DNA from: Candidatus Saccharimonadota bacterium
GTDB taxonomy: Bacteria > Patescibacteriota > Saccharimonadia > Saccharimonadales > JAXHMH01
Direction: 5' to 3'
Assembly: GCA_034521515.1 (NCBI GenBank)
Contig: JAXHMH010000004.1
Coordinates: 485 to 64,484 of the forward strand
DNA: 64,000 bases
Position 1 is the stretch's first letter; every line of letters starts with the position of its first letter. The translations under genes were made by a program, and so were the position numbers. Positions 46,837-55,354 of this stretch are shown piece by piece. A model generated the notes under the pieces. That model searched no databases. It worked only from the letters and a program-made list of their open reading frames with translations, and was not told where the DNA came from.

Positions 46837-48441
46837 ATGTCTCAGGATGCAAGACGAAATGAAGAACTGTCTACTCAAAGACGGGCTAGAATACTAGGCT
46901 TAGAGTATTTTGACACGTCAACACCTGATAAACAGTTATACAAAGATGTATTAAGTGTTGCAGAAATCAAGAACATGAAGGCCGTACCGCTATACTTCGA
47001 TAAAGGCGTGATTCATTTTGGTATTACCAACACGACATCACAGCAGACCATGACCCAGTTAAGGCAACGGTTTTTAGATCAACGCATAACTTTTAAGCTC
47101 ATTTCTGACATTGGTTATCGGGAGTATGTAAAGTTATACGACCCACCAAAGCAGGTCGTCTACCAGGACATAGCTATTAACAACGCTGGATCGGATGATC
47201 TTATTCAAAACGTATCGGCCACCTTGGAGCAGATACGAGCAGACGACATGTTGGCTTATTTGGTTCAACAAGCTCACAGATTAAGCGCATCCGACATTCA
47301 TGTTGAAACTCAACGTGATCACGCTAGGATAAGATTGAGAATTGATGGCGTATTACACCCAATCGCAAAGCTTGGGCAAGAAAAGTATAGAGTATTGGTC
47401 TCGGCAATTGCTAGCGCGGGTAATATATCAACTGCCTCAAATGATGCCCAGCAGGGTCATATTTCACAACGTGTCAAAATGGCAGACGGCTCAGAAGTGG
47501 ATGTAAATGTTCGACTGGAGACGGTTCCTACTATCAACCAGATGGACATTGTTATGCGGCTTTTTAGTATGGATGCCGATATGTATAAATTAGAAAAGCT
47601 TGGCCTCGCACCGGATCAGTTTCAGGTTGTCGAAGATATCATTCGTCGCCCGAGTGGTCTCGTGATGGCGGTTGGCCCGACCGGATCCGGCAAAACTACC
47701 ACACTCTATTCAATACTTAATACGCTAAATAACGACGAACGGAAAATTATCACAATTGAAGACCCGGTAGAATATCAGTTTCCTGGAATTACTCAGATAT
47801 CAGTATCGTCTCAAGGCGGCGGAGAAACAAACTTTGCAGATAAATTGCGTGCGGTATTAAGGTTGGATCCGGATATTGTCATGGTTGGTGAGATTCGTGA
47901 TATGGACACCGCGAAGACAGCTTTGCAGGCGGCTCTAACCGGTCATCTTGTGCTTGCCACGTTTCATGCGTCATCTGCTGCAGCCGCCCTTACCAGGCTG
48001 GCGGATCTTATCGGCGAAAATCCATTGTTTGCATCGGCCATCCGTTTAGTAATGGCGCAAAGATTGGTTAGAAAACTTGATGAAAGTACTAAGCAACCGT
48101 ATAGCCCCGATGAAAAGACCATGCATAAAATCCAGTCCATACTAGAGACATTACCCGCTACGGTTCAACAGCCTGACCTTACCAATCTACAGCTATATAA
48201 ACCTGGCAGTTCAGCTGAAAATCCGTATGGCTATAGCGGGCAACTTGCTTTGCGTGAGCAATTTTTGATGGATGGAGAAGTCGGAAAGTTATTAGAACAG
48301 AGCAGTGCTACTCACATTACATCGCAACATGTTGAGGCAGCAGCGGTTAATAGTGGTATGCGCACTATGCTGCAAGACGGGATTCTACGTGTCGTAGCCG
48401 GTGAAACAACGCTTGATGAGTTGTATCGTGTTGTAGGCTAG
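46837..48441 (+). CDS. pilB: GspE/PilB-family type II/IV secretion (type IV pilus assembly) ATPase
   Basis: Walker A GPTGSGKTTT, Asp box, Walker B PDIVMVGEIRD and His box. No other pilus genes are adjacent. Confidence 0.85.
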   Translation: MSQDARRNEELSTQRRARILGLEYFDTSTPDKQLYKDVLSVAEIKNMKAVPLYFDKGVIHFGITNTTSQQTMTQLRQRFLDQRITFKLISDIGYREYVKLYDPPKQVVYQDIAINNAGSDDLIQNVSATLEQIRADDMLAYLVQQAHRLSASDIHVETQRDHARIRLRIDGVLHPIAKLGQEKYRVLVSAIASAGNISTASNDAQQGHISQRVKMADGSEVDVNVRLETVPTINQMDIVMRLFSMDADMYKLEKLGLAPDQFQVVEDIIRRPSGLVMAVGPTGSGKTTTLYSILNTLNNDERKIITIEDPVEYQFPGITQISVSSQGGGETNFADKLRAVLRLDPDIVMVGEIRDMDTAKTALQAALTGHLVLATFHASSAAAALTRLADLIGENPLFASAIRLVMAQRLVRKLDESTKQPYSPDEKTMHKIQSILETLPATVQQPDLTNLQLYKPGSSAENPYGYSGQLALREQFLMDGEVGKLLEQSSATHITSQHVEAAAVNSGMRTMLQDGILRVVAGETTLDELYRVVG

Positions 48442-48447
48442 CTTTAT

Positions 48448-49581
48448 TTAGGTAATAACTTTACTTATAGCTGGGACAAGTCTATCGTCGAGAACGCTTG
48501 GAATAATACATTCCGGTGTCGGCTTAGAAACGAGGTTTGCAATGGTTTCTGCGGCGGCAATTTTGTGTTGATCAGTAATGTCTCGCACCTGATTATCGAG
48601 CGCTCCTCTGAAGATACCAGGGAAAGCTAAGGCGTTGTTGACTTGATTTGGGAAATCACTCCTACCAGTAGCCATAATAGCGACACCAGCTGCTGCAGCC
48701 TCATCAGGCATAATCTCGGGAACAGGGTTTGCCATAGCAAAAATAATCGGGTCATTAGCCATAGACTTAATCATGTTTTTTGAGAGTAAACCGGCTTTTG
48801 ATACTCCAATAAAAATGTCGGCTCCGTTAAGGGCGTCGTTTAAAGTTCCATCAATATTGTGTTTGTTTGTGAAACTGAGGAGTCCTTGTTTTTGGGAATT
48901 CAAATCAGACCTTTTTTTAGAAATAATACCTTTACTATCGACTGCCAGGATTTCCGGTGAAGCATAGTGATGTAAAAGCTTAATTATTGCTGTCCCAGCT
49001 GCGCCAGCTCCAACGCAAACAATCCGGCAGTCGCTCAATTTTTTGCGAGTAATTTTCATAGCATTAATCAGTCCGGCCAAGACCACGACTGCGGTACCGT
49101 GTTGATCGTCGTGAAATACGGGAATTGGCAACTCTTTTTTGAGACGTTCTTCAACTTCAAAACAGATAGGTGCAGAGATGTCCTCAAGATTGATACCGCC
49201 AAAGCTTGGAGCAATCGCCTTAACAGCACTGACAATTTCATCCGCAGAATGGACGTCAAGAATAATCGGTACGGCATCAATATCGGCAAAGTGCTTAAAC
49301 AGCATAGATTTACCTTCCATCACAGGGAGTGCTCCGTAAGGACCAATATCACCAAGTCCTAGTACGGCTGAACCGTCTGATATTACTGCTACGCAATTAT
49401 TTAGCCATGTATACTCACGTGCTTTATCGGGATGCTCGGCCACAAACGACGACACGGCAGCCACGCCCGGTGTGTAGTAGGTACTAAGCTTGTCTGGTGA
49501 ATTTAAATCGTCTTTTAGGCGTATCGACAATTTTCCCTTTAAAGATTTATGCTTTTTTAGTGCATGTTGTTTATAGTCCAT
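48448..49581 (-). CDS. NAD(P)-dependent malic enzyme (short form)
   Basis: Matches YTPGVA, VAVISDGSAVLGLGDIGP, FGGINLEDI and GAGAAG. Confidence 0.9.
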   Translation of the reverse strand: MDYKQHALKKHKSLKGKLSIRLKDDLNSPDKLSTYYTPGVAAVSSFVAEHPDKAREYTWLNNCVAVISDGSAVLGLGDIGPYGALPVMEGKSMLFKHFADIDAVPIILDVHSADEIVSAVKAIAPSFGGINLEDISAPICFEVEERLKKELPIPVFHDDQHGTAVVVLAGLINAMKITRKKLSDCRIVCVGAGAAGTAIIKLLHHYASPEILAVDSKGIISKKRSDLNSQKQGLLSFTNKHNIDGTLNDALNGADIFIGVSKAGLLSKNMIKSMANDPIIFAMANPVPEIMPDEAAAAGVAIMATGRSDFPNQVNNALAFPGIFRGALDNQVRDITDQHKIAAAETIANLVSKPTPECIIPSVLDDRLVPAISKVIT

Positions 49582-49587
49582 GACTGT

Positions 49588-49593
49588 ATTGTA
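49588..49593 (-). promoter_or_regulatory. -10 box TACAAT, 6 nt upstream of the malic enzyme ATG (leaderless-type)
   Basis: The minus strand reads cattcTACAATacagtcATG. Confidence 0.45.
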
Positions 49594-49759
49594 GAATGAA
49601 AAGATGCCTCACACACTATTTATTTACTTTTAGTAATGTGTTATAGTATACGTTATAAGTGTAGGTCAGTTTGTCGGTAGACGTGGCTTAATGCTAAAAA
49701 AATAAAAAGCCGGCGCAAAGGTTGACCTCAGTAAGAATATAAGGTAAGGTTATTTGGTC

Positions 49760-50287
49760 ATGCAATCTGTTATTGAAAAAATTGAGGCGAAGTACAAAAA
49801 ACCGCAAGTTGTTGATGTACGTTCCGGTGACATGGTAAAAGTGCACCAGAAAATTCGTGAAGGAAGCAAAGAGCGAGTTCAGATATTTCAAGGACTTGTT
49901 ATTCGAGTCGATCGTAAGAAAAGTCATACAGCGCGTATAACGGTTAGACGTTTGAGTAGCGGTGTTGGCGTAGAGAAAAGCTTTTTACTGCATAGTCCGC
50001 TTGTTACAAAAATTGAAGTCACCAAACGAAGTAAGGTGCGGAGAAACTATCTGACATACATGCGTGCTCGTACAGGAAAAGCTGCTCGTTTAACCGGTGT
50101 AGATTTTGATCGAGAATCTGTAAACGACATTCAAGATTTAGAAGCAGAAAAATCCGATACAGAAACTAAAGAAGTTAAAGCAGAAGAACCGGAAACAAAA
50201 GCAGCCGAAAAGACTGAACAAGAGTCTGGCGGCGACGATAAGGTCGCGCAGTCACAAGCAAAGCACGAAGAAAAAACCAACAAGTAA
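49760..50287 (+). CDS. rplS: 50S ribosomal protein L19 with an acidic/Lys-rich C-terminal extension
   Basis: The L19 core is PQVVDVRSGDMVKVHQKIREGSKERVQIFQGLVI...RRNYLTYMR. It is followed by about 60 aa rich in E, K, A and T. Confidence 0.9.
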   Translation: MQSVIEKIEAKYKKPQVVDVRSGDMVKVHQKIREGSKERVQIFQGLVIRVDRKKSHTARITVRRLSSGVGVEKSFLLHSPLVTKIEVTKRSKVRRNYLTYMRARTGKAARLTGVDFDRESVNDIQDLEAEKSDTETKEVKAEEPETKAAEKTEQESGGDDKVAQSQAKHEEKTNK

Positions 50288-50330
50288 TTTTCAAATCTTC
50301 CGACTAAGCTGTCTTTATTGAGTGGTATTT

Positions 50331-50339
50331 TGATATGCT
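50331..50339 (+). promoter_or_regulatory. Extended -10 TGaTATGCT, 6 nt upstream of the rnhB ATG (leaderless-type)
   Basis: tttTGaTATGCTtaatacATG. Confidence 0.45.
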
Positions 50340-50345
50340 TAATAC

Positions 50346-50906
50346 ATGATTGGGATTGATGAAGTTGGTCGTGGATGCTGGGCTGGACCTCTATTGGTTG
50401 TGGCAGCTCAAGCAAGATCAGATCTACCGACAGGTCTGGCTGACTCCAAAACCCTGAGTAAAAACACGAGAAACAAAATCTACGCTGAAATTATCAGAAG
50501 CTGTTCATTCTCAGAAGGTTGGGTACAACCTGAGGAAATCGATAACCTTGGGTTAACGCAGGCGATGAAGCTCGGTGTCGCTAGGGCGTTGTTGACGATT
50601 GGCGTCGATCACGACGAAGATATTATTATGGATGGTCACATTAACTATTGCCCGAGTCAGTATGTTAATGTTCAAACCGTAGTTAAGGCGGATAGTTTAC
50701 ATCCGATTGTTAGTGCGGCCAGTATATATGCTAAGGTTACGCGCGATGCTCATATGACAAGACTAGCTCAGTTTTATCCGATGTATGGTTTCGAACATCA
50801 TGCCGGCTATGGCACAGAGTTGCATCGATCGGCGTTGCGGGTGCACGGCGTGAGTAAAATTCATCGGTTATCTTACAAACCAGTAAAAGCGTCTCTGGCC
50901 ACATGA
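50346..50906 (+). CDS. rnhB: Ribonuclease HII
   Basis: Matches IGIDEVGRGCWAGPLLV, DSK and SAASIYAKVTRD. Confidence 0.92.
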   Translation: MIGIDEVGRGCWAGPLLVVAAQARSDLPTGLADSKTLSKNTRNKIYAEIIRSCSFSEGWVQPEEIDNLGLTQAMKLGVARALLTIGVDHDEDIIMDGHINYCPSQYVNVQTVVKADSLHPIVSAASIYAKVTRDAHMTRLAQFYPMYGFEHHAGYGTELHRSALRVHGVSKIHRLSYKPVKASLAT

Positions 50907-51238
50907 CCAACTACTCGACTGGTCACGACGCCGAAAAACGAGCGGCACAATTCTTGAGTGATCAAGGTTTTAAAGTTCTAGAGCTTAATTGGCGCAACCG
51001 CTGGTGTGAAATCGATATTGTCGCAAAAAAGGACAAAGTGATCTACTTTACTGAAGTAAAATTTCGTCAAAACGGTGCAAACGGTTCCAGTTTGGATTAC
51101 ATAACACCAAAAAAGCTAAAGCAAATGGCGTTTGCGGCAGAGTTTTGGGTGAGTACGAACAAATATGACGGAGATTATTGTTTAGCAGCACTAGGTATCG
51201 ACAACGAGCGGTTTACTTTGATTGATTTAATTGAATAA
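50903..51238 (+). CDS. yraN: YraN-family (UPF0102) endonuclease-like protein
   Basis: Matches GHDAEKRAAQFL...EIDIVA...FTEVKFR. There is a 4-nt overlap with rnhB. Confidence 0.85.
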   Translation: MTNYSTGHDAEKRAAQFLSDQGFKVLELNWRNRWCEIDIVAKKDKVIYFTEVKFRQNGANGSSLDYITPKKLKQMAFAAEFWVSTNKYDGDYCLAALGIDNERFTLIDLIE

Positions 51239-53804
51239 AGAAGTTTCGGATCTCTTTTAAATCACGTGTTTTCCAGGCGGATTGCCACTGCAAAACCTCT
51301 AGGCCTTGTTTATAAGAACGTTCCAGTGCTGGTGTCATACGAGCCTCAAAAAACTTTTTGTATTCAGGTATAAACGAGCTGTCGCTATGGACTCGTGCGA
51401 CATATATGGGCATACGATGGAAGCTTAAATCTGTACCGATGTGTTTTTCCAACCAGCTCCAGTTTTTTTGTAGCCATTGCCACGTTTGTTCCCTGGCGTG
51501 CCGGTTCATGAAACTATAAGCTATCCAGTATATTACATCCTGGAGTCGAACTTTATCGCTAGTGATGTGTGAAAGCGCATTAGAAATGAGCTTGGGTTTT
51601 TCGAACCCAGTCAATGCAGCTGCTAGGGTGACACGTTCTTCACTTAAGGTAGATTCATCGTGCAATTTCATAATTTTTTCGAATTCTTTGGTGTCACCAA
51701 GACGCGCAACAGTCCCAAACACCACACCTCGCATATCTGGATCGATCTCATTGTATGTGCCGCTAGACCCTGGTTGAGTTAGTTTAGAGAATAGTTCTTG
51801 GCAACGGTCTACGACCCACGGCTCATCAGCACTGGCTGCCATGCCTAGGATGATAGGTCGTAACAATCGATCAAAATGAGTGTCCTGGTCTTGTTTTTCC
51901 CAGCCAAGGCGTTCCAGCTCAATGCTGACAAGCTCTCTAGTGTATGGTTTCATAGCTTCACGTAATTGTTCGTCATTCATTACTAGACGAATGTTGCCGA
52001 GTGCTCCAGAAATAATATCCCATACTGCATAGTTATCCTCGTGGTGCACATGACGTAGAAACTCTAGTGCATCGGCTGTGTCGGTTTGACCTGCTTTGGC
52101 TGTCTCAAACAGATCGCTGATTATTCCCAGACGGTCATTTGGCTCTAGATGTCCTGATTGGATCTCAGCGCCAAGTCGTTCTAAGTGTGAGCTGTTGTAA
52201 GCGGTTCGATAAAAACCACTTTGACCGGAATTCAACTTTAGATGATGAGAATCCTTTAGTTTAAACGACAAGGTAGCATCGACCATTTTATCTGGTATTT
52301 GGGGGTCACTCGTAAGGAGCGGTATCGGCCAAGTTGTGGGGGCTTCAGGAGTGTGTTGAGGGTTAAGATAAAAACGTTCTTGCTTCAGTGAGACTTCTCT
52401 ATCTTGGTCGACGTTGGCACGTACTACCGGAAATCCAGGCTGCGACGTCCAGGATTGCATGAATTTTTTGACTGGCTTGCCGGAGATTGAGCCAAGTGCA
52501 TCCCATAAGTCAACTGTATCTGTGTTGCCATAGGCATGCATTTCTAGATAATGGCGCAAGCCATCGCGGAAGTTGTCTGAGCCAAGGAACTGATGCAGCA
52601 TTCGGATAACGCTGGCACCTTTGTTATAGCTAATAGTGTCAAAAATAGTCCTAATTTCGTCAGGCTGTTTAACCTCAACTTCTATAGGATGTGTGTATTC
52701 CAGGGCGTCAAGCCTGAATGCCGGTTGCTGTTCGTCTACAGTAAACTGGGTCCACATTTGCCACTCGGGGAACAAGTGGTCGACTGCCATGTATTCAATC
52801 CAGCTGGCAAATCCTTCATTTAGCCATAAATCCGTCCACCACCGCATGGTGACCAAGTTACCAAACCATTGGTGTGCAAGCTCGTGTGCCACAACCATTG
52901 CTACGTATTGTTTGTTTGATAGTGAAGTGTTTTGTGGGTCAACGAGTAGTGTCTGTTCGCGGTATGTAATGAGACCCCAGTTTTCCATTGCACCTGAGGC
53001 AAAGTCCGGTAGGGCAATCATGTCACATTTTACCAACGGATAGTCGATACCAAAGTAATCATTATAAAACTCCAGACATTTAACAGCGACGTCAAGCGCG
53101 AACTCAGTAAACCCAACGTTGTCTGGTGTAGCGTACGTACGAACCTTCACTCCGTCTTTTGTCTTAGCTTCTATATAATCTAGCTCTCCGTAAGCAAAAG
53201 CCAAAAGATACGTACTCATAACAGGAGTGGTTTCAAACGTTGTGGTCGTGGTCGTCTTGGAGGTGGTTTGCTTTTTGACAGGAGTGTTTGCCAAAACGGT
53301 CTCACCTTGTGGTGTGGTTAACGTCAGGTCAAAAGTAGCTTTTGCTTCTGGTTCATCAACACACGGAAAAACTTCGCGGGCGTGGTGACTTTCAAACTGC
53401 GTGGCGATAAGTTGTTTATTTTCTCCATCATGGGTAAACGAGCAGGGGTACATGCCGTTCATAGCTTTGGTTATGGTTCCGTGGAAAGTCAACTCTATAG
53501 TGTAGTATCCAGGGTATAGTATCTGGTCGGTGTGTAATCTGACTTCATCGTAACGTCGGTGCTGATTGATCCGTTCAATTTCAATATCGGTGTCTGTCTT
53601 TCGATCATGTTTAACGATCGTGCATGATGTTATGGTTAAGCCGGACTGGTGCAGTGTGATACGTTGACTTGGCCGGCCAACTTTTTTCCCATACAGAGTA
53701 ACGCGACCAGAGAATCTCATAGATTCACGGTCTGGTGAAATTTTCAGTTTGTACTTAGTCGGTTGAAATTGGTTATACAACCGACGGACAGCTTTTTTAC
53801 TCAT
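51213..53804 (-). CDS. pepN: M1-family aminopeptidase N
   Basis: Matches GAMENWG and HELAHQWFGNLVTMRWWTDLWLNEGFA (HExxH-x18-E), with an ERAP1-like C-terminal domain. Confidence 0.95.
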   Translation of the reverse strand: MSKKAVRRLYNQFQPTKYKLKISPDRESMRFSGRVTLYGKKVGRPSQRITLHQSGLTITSCTIVKHDRKTDTDIEIERINQHRRYDEVRLHTDQILYPGYYTIELTFHGTITKAMNGMYPCSFTHDGENKQLIATQFESHHAREVFPCVDEPEAKATFDLTLTTPQGETVLANTPVKKQTTSKTTTTTTFETTPVMSTYLLAFAYGELDYIEAKTKDGVKVRTYATPDNVGFTEFALDVAVKCLEFYNDYFGIDYPLVKCDMIALPDFASGAMENWGLITYREQTLLVDPQNTSLSNKQYVAMVVAHELAHQWFGNLVTMRWWTDLWLNEGFASWIEYMAVDHLFPEWQMWTQFTVDEQQPAFRLDALEYTHPIEVEVKQPDEIRTIFDTISYNKGASVIRMLHQFLGSDNFRDGLRHYLEMHAYGNTDTVDLWDALGSISGKPVKKFMQSWTSQPGFPVVRANVDQDREVSLKQERFYLNPQHTPEAPTTWPIPLLTSDPQIPDKMVDATLSFKLKDSHHLKLNSGQSGFYRTAYNSSHLERLGAEIQSGHLEPNDRLGIISDLFETAKAGQTDTADALEFLRHVHHEDNYAVWDIISGALGNIRLVMNDEQLREAMKPYTRELVSIELERLGWEKQDQDTHFDRLLRPIILGMAASADEPWVVDRCQELFSKLTQPGSSGTYNEIDPDMRGVVFGTVARLGDTKEFEKIMKLHDESTLSEERVTLAAALTGFEKPKLISNALSHITSDKVRLQDVIYWIAYSFMNRHAREQTWQWLQKNWSWLEKHIGTDLSFHRMPIYVARVHSDSSFIPEYKKFFEARMTPALERSYKQGLEVLQWQSAWKTRDLKEIRNFFIQLNQSK

Positions 53805-53811
53805 TCACAGT

Positions 53812-53820
53812 ATCTTATCA
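53812..53820 (-). promoter_or_regulatory. Extended -10 TGaTAAGAT, 7 nt upstream of the pepN ATG (leaderless-type)
   Basis: The minus strand reads tcaTGaTAAGATactgtgaATG. Confidence 0.45.
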
Positions 53821-53848
53821 TGATAAAGAGAAGATTAGTTTTGTGTGA

Positions 53849-53877
53849 TTGACAACAGAAACTAAGAGACGTATGAT
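53849..53877 (+). promoter_or_regulatory. Sigma70-type promoter of nusA
   Basis: TTGACA (53849-53854), a 17-nt spacer, then TATGAT (53872-53877). Confidence 0.6.
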
Positions 53878-53887
53878 TATATGGAGT

Positions 53888-53913
53888 ATCCGGCCGAGCA
53901 GGTCGGATTTTTT
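53888..53913 (+). terminator. Intrinsic-terminator-like hairpin in the nusA leader (candidate attenuator)
   Basis: ATCCGGCC-gagca-GGTCGGAT forms an 8-bp stem with one G-U pair and runs straight into a T-tract ending at 53913. It lies between the promoter and the nusA ATG at 53949. Confidence 0.55.
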
Positions 53914-53948
53914 CATAAAGACGATAGTAAATAACAAGGAAACAAATT

Positions 53949-55100
53949 ATGGATTTTAAACAACTAGCAGTAGCGATAAAAGCTATTGCCGAGGAAAAAA
54001 ATTTACCGGAAGATGCAGTTCAGGAAGTAGTCGAGCAAGCGCTGGCTGCAGCGTATCGTCGAGATTACGGTGATCGTGAGCAAGATGTGCGCGTTCGTAT
54101 GAACATAAACACTGGTAAGGTTCAAGCCTTTGTCACAAAAGAGATTGTTAGTAAAGTCTCTGACGAGCGTTTTGAAATTAGTTTGAAGGACGCACAGGCA
54201 CAAAAGAAAAATGCCAAGGCTGGTGAAACAATTGAAATTGAAGAACCGATTGAGAATTTCGGTAGGGTTGCCGCTCAGACTGCCAAGCAAGTCGTATTAC
54301 AGCGTCTTCGTGAAGCAGAACGAGAAATTATCATGAATGAGTATCAGGATAAGATTGGAACAGTCATTAACGGGATTGTGGCACGCGTTGAAGGTAACAT
54401 CGTTCGGGTAGATTTAGGTAAAACACAAGGTATGTTGCCCCGTAGCGAACAGATACAGGGTGAGCGTTACTTCCCAGGACAACGCGTAAAAGTATTTCTC
54501 AAAGATGTGGAGCGTGGTTTTCGCGGGCCGCAGCTCATACTTTCTAGAGGAAATACTGAGTTTGTGGAATGGCTGTTTAGAGCCGAAGTTCCGGAAATGG
54601 AAAACGGAGCCGTAGAGATTAAGGGTATAGCCCGAGAAGCTGGTGTCCGAAGCAAAATCGCCGTATATAGTAGTGTGCCCGGTGTTGATCCGGTCGGTAC
54701 GTTTGTCGGTGGGCATGGAACTAGAGTTAATGCAGTTATGTCAGAAATTGGTGAACAGGAGAAAATTGACATTGCGGTTTGGGACGAAGATCCAGCCACC
54801 TATATCACGAATGCATTGAGTCCTACTAAAGTCACTAAGGTTGTGATCGACGAAAAAAATAAGAAAGCCCAGGTTGTAGTCCCGGAAGATCAGCTGAGCA
54901 TTGCCATTGGTAAAAGCGGGCAAAATGTTCGGCTCGCCAGTAAGCTAACTGGTTATGAGCTTGATATCATTGCAGAAACGGCTGCCGCTCAACAAAAAGA
55001 GACTAAAACCAAAGAAGAGCCAAAGCAAGGTCAGAAACTCAAAAGGAAAACAGAGCTAGAAAGTTCTCTGCTAAATGCGATAGAAGAACACGGCGAGTAA
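53949..55100 (+). CDS. nusA: Transcription termination/antitermination factor NusA
   Basis: N-terminal domain, S1 domain and two KH domains (GPRG..., IGKSGQNVRLASKLTG), followed by a Lys/Glu-rich tail. Confidence 0.95.
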   Translation: MDFKQLAVAIKAIAEEKNLPEDAVQEVVEQALAAAYRRDYGDREQDVRVRMNINTGKVQAFVTKEIVSKVSDERFEISLKDAQAQKKNAKAGETIEIEEPIENFGRVAAQTAKQVVLQRLREAEREIIMNEYQDKIGTVINGIVARVEGNIVRVDLGKTQGMLPRSEQIQGERYFPGQRVKVFLKDVERGFRGPQLILSRGNTEFVEWLFRAEVPEMENGAVEIKGIAREAGVRSKIAVYSSVPGVDPVGTFVGGHGTRVNAVMSEIGEQEKIDIAVWDEDPATYITNALSPTKVTKVVIDEKNKKAQVVVPEDQLSIAIGKSGQNVRLASKLTGYELDIIAETAAAQQKETKTKEEPKQGQKLKRKTELESSLLNAIEEHGE

Positions 55101-55244
55101 TATAGCCGGTTACTACACCCTTTGTGGTGAATAATGTTTTTTGAGCATCCGGTTTTGAGTAGGGCTATATTTCGACACAAGACAATATTGTTGTTTCATC
55201 GATAAAAATCTGGAGTTTTTGTAAATAGGATTTAACAGTCAGAG

Positions 55245-55271
55245 TTAGCACTCTTGACCCGTGAGTGCCAA
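55245..55271. promoter_or_regulatory. CIRCE-like inverted repeat (HrcA operator type)
   Basis: TTAGCACTC-ttgacccgt-GAGTGCCAA matches the consensus TTAGCACTC-N9-GAGTGCTAA at 17 of 18 arm positions. Confidence 0.7.
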
Positions 55272-55281
55272 TTGCTATAAT
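55254..55281 (+). promoter_or_regulatory. Sigma70-type promoter of clpC, embedded in the CIRCE element
   Basis: TTGACC (55254-55259), a 16-nt spacer, then TATAAT (55276-55281). Confidence 0.6.
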
Positions 55282-55354
55282 AGATTCTGAGCGGTAGACA
55301 ATAGTAGTATGAAAACTAGTATGGAGACCGCGATGGAGGGATAGTAAAACAATT

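Noticed and set aside
49582-49753. Possible L19-leader-type or SRP-like RNA upstream of rplS.
   Set aside because: Only short, weak pairings are present (AGGTCA/TGACCT, and GGCTT/AAGCC with an A-rich loop). I see no resemblance to the motifs I can recall. The region also has to host the divergent malic-enzyme promoter.
51213-51238. 26-nt 3'-end overlap of convergent yraN and pepN, and a 4-nt overlap of the 163-aa ORF with yajQ at 11566-11569.
   Set aside because: Short convergent overlaps are common in compact genomes. There is no additional structure or motif to suggest a functional element.
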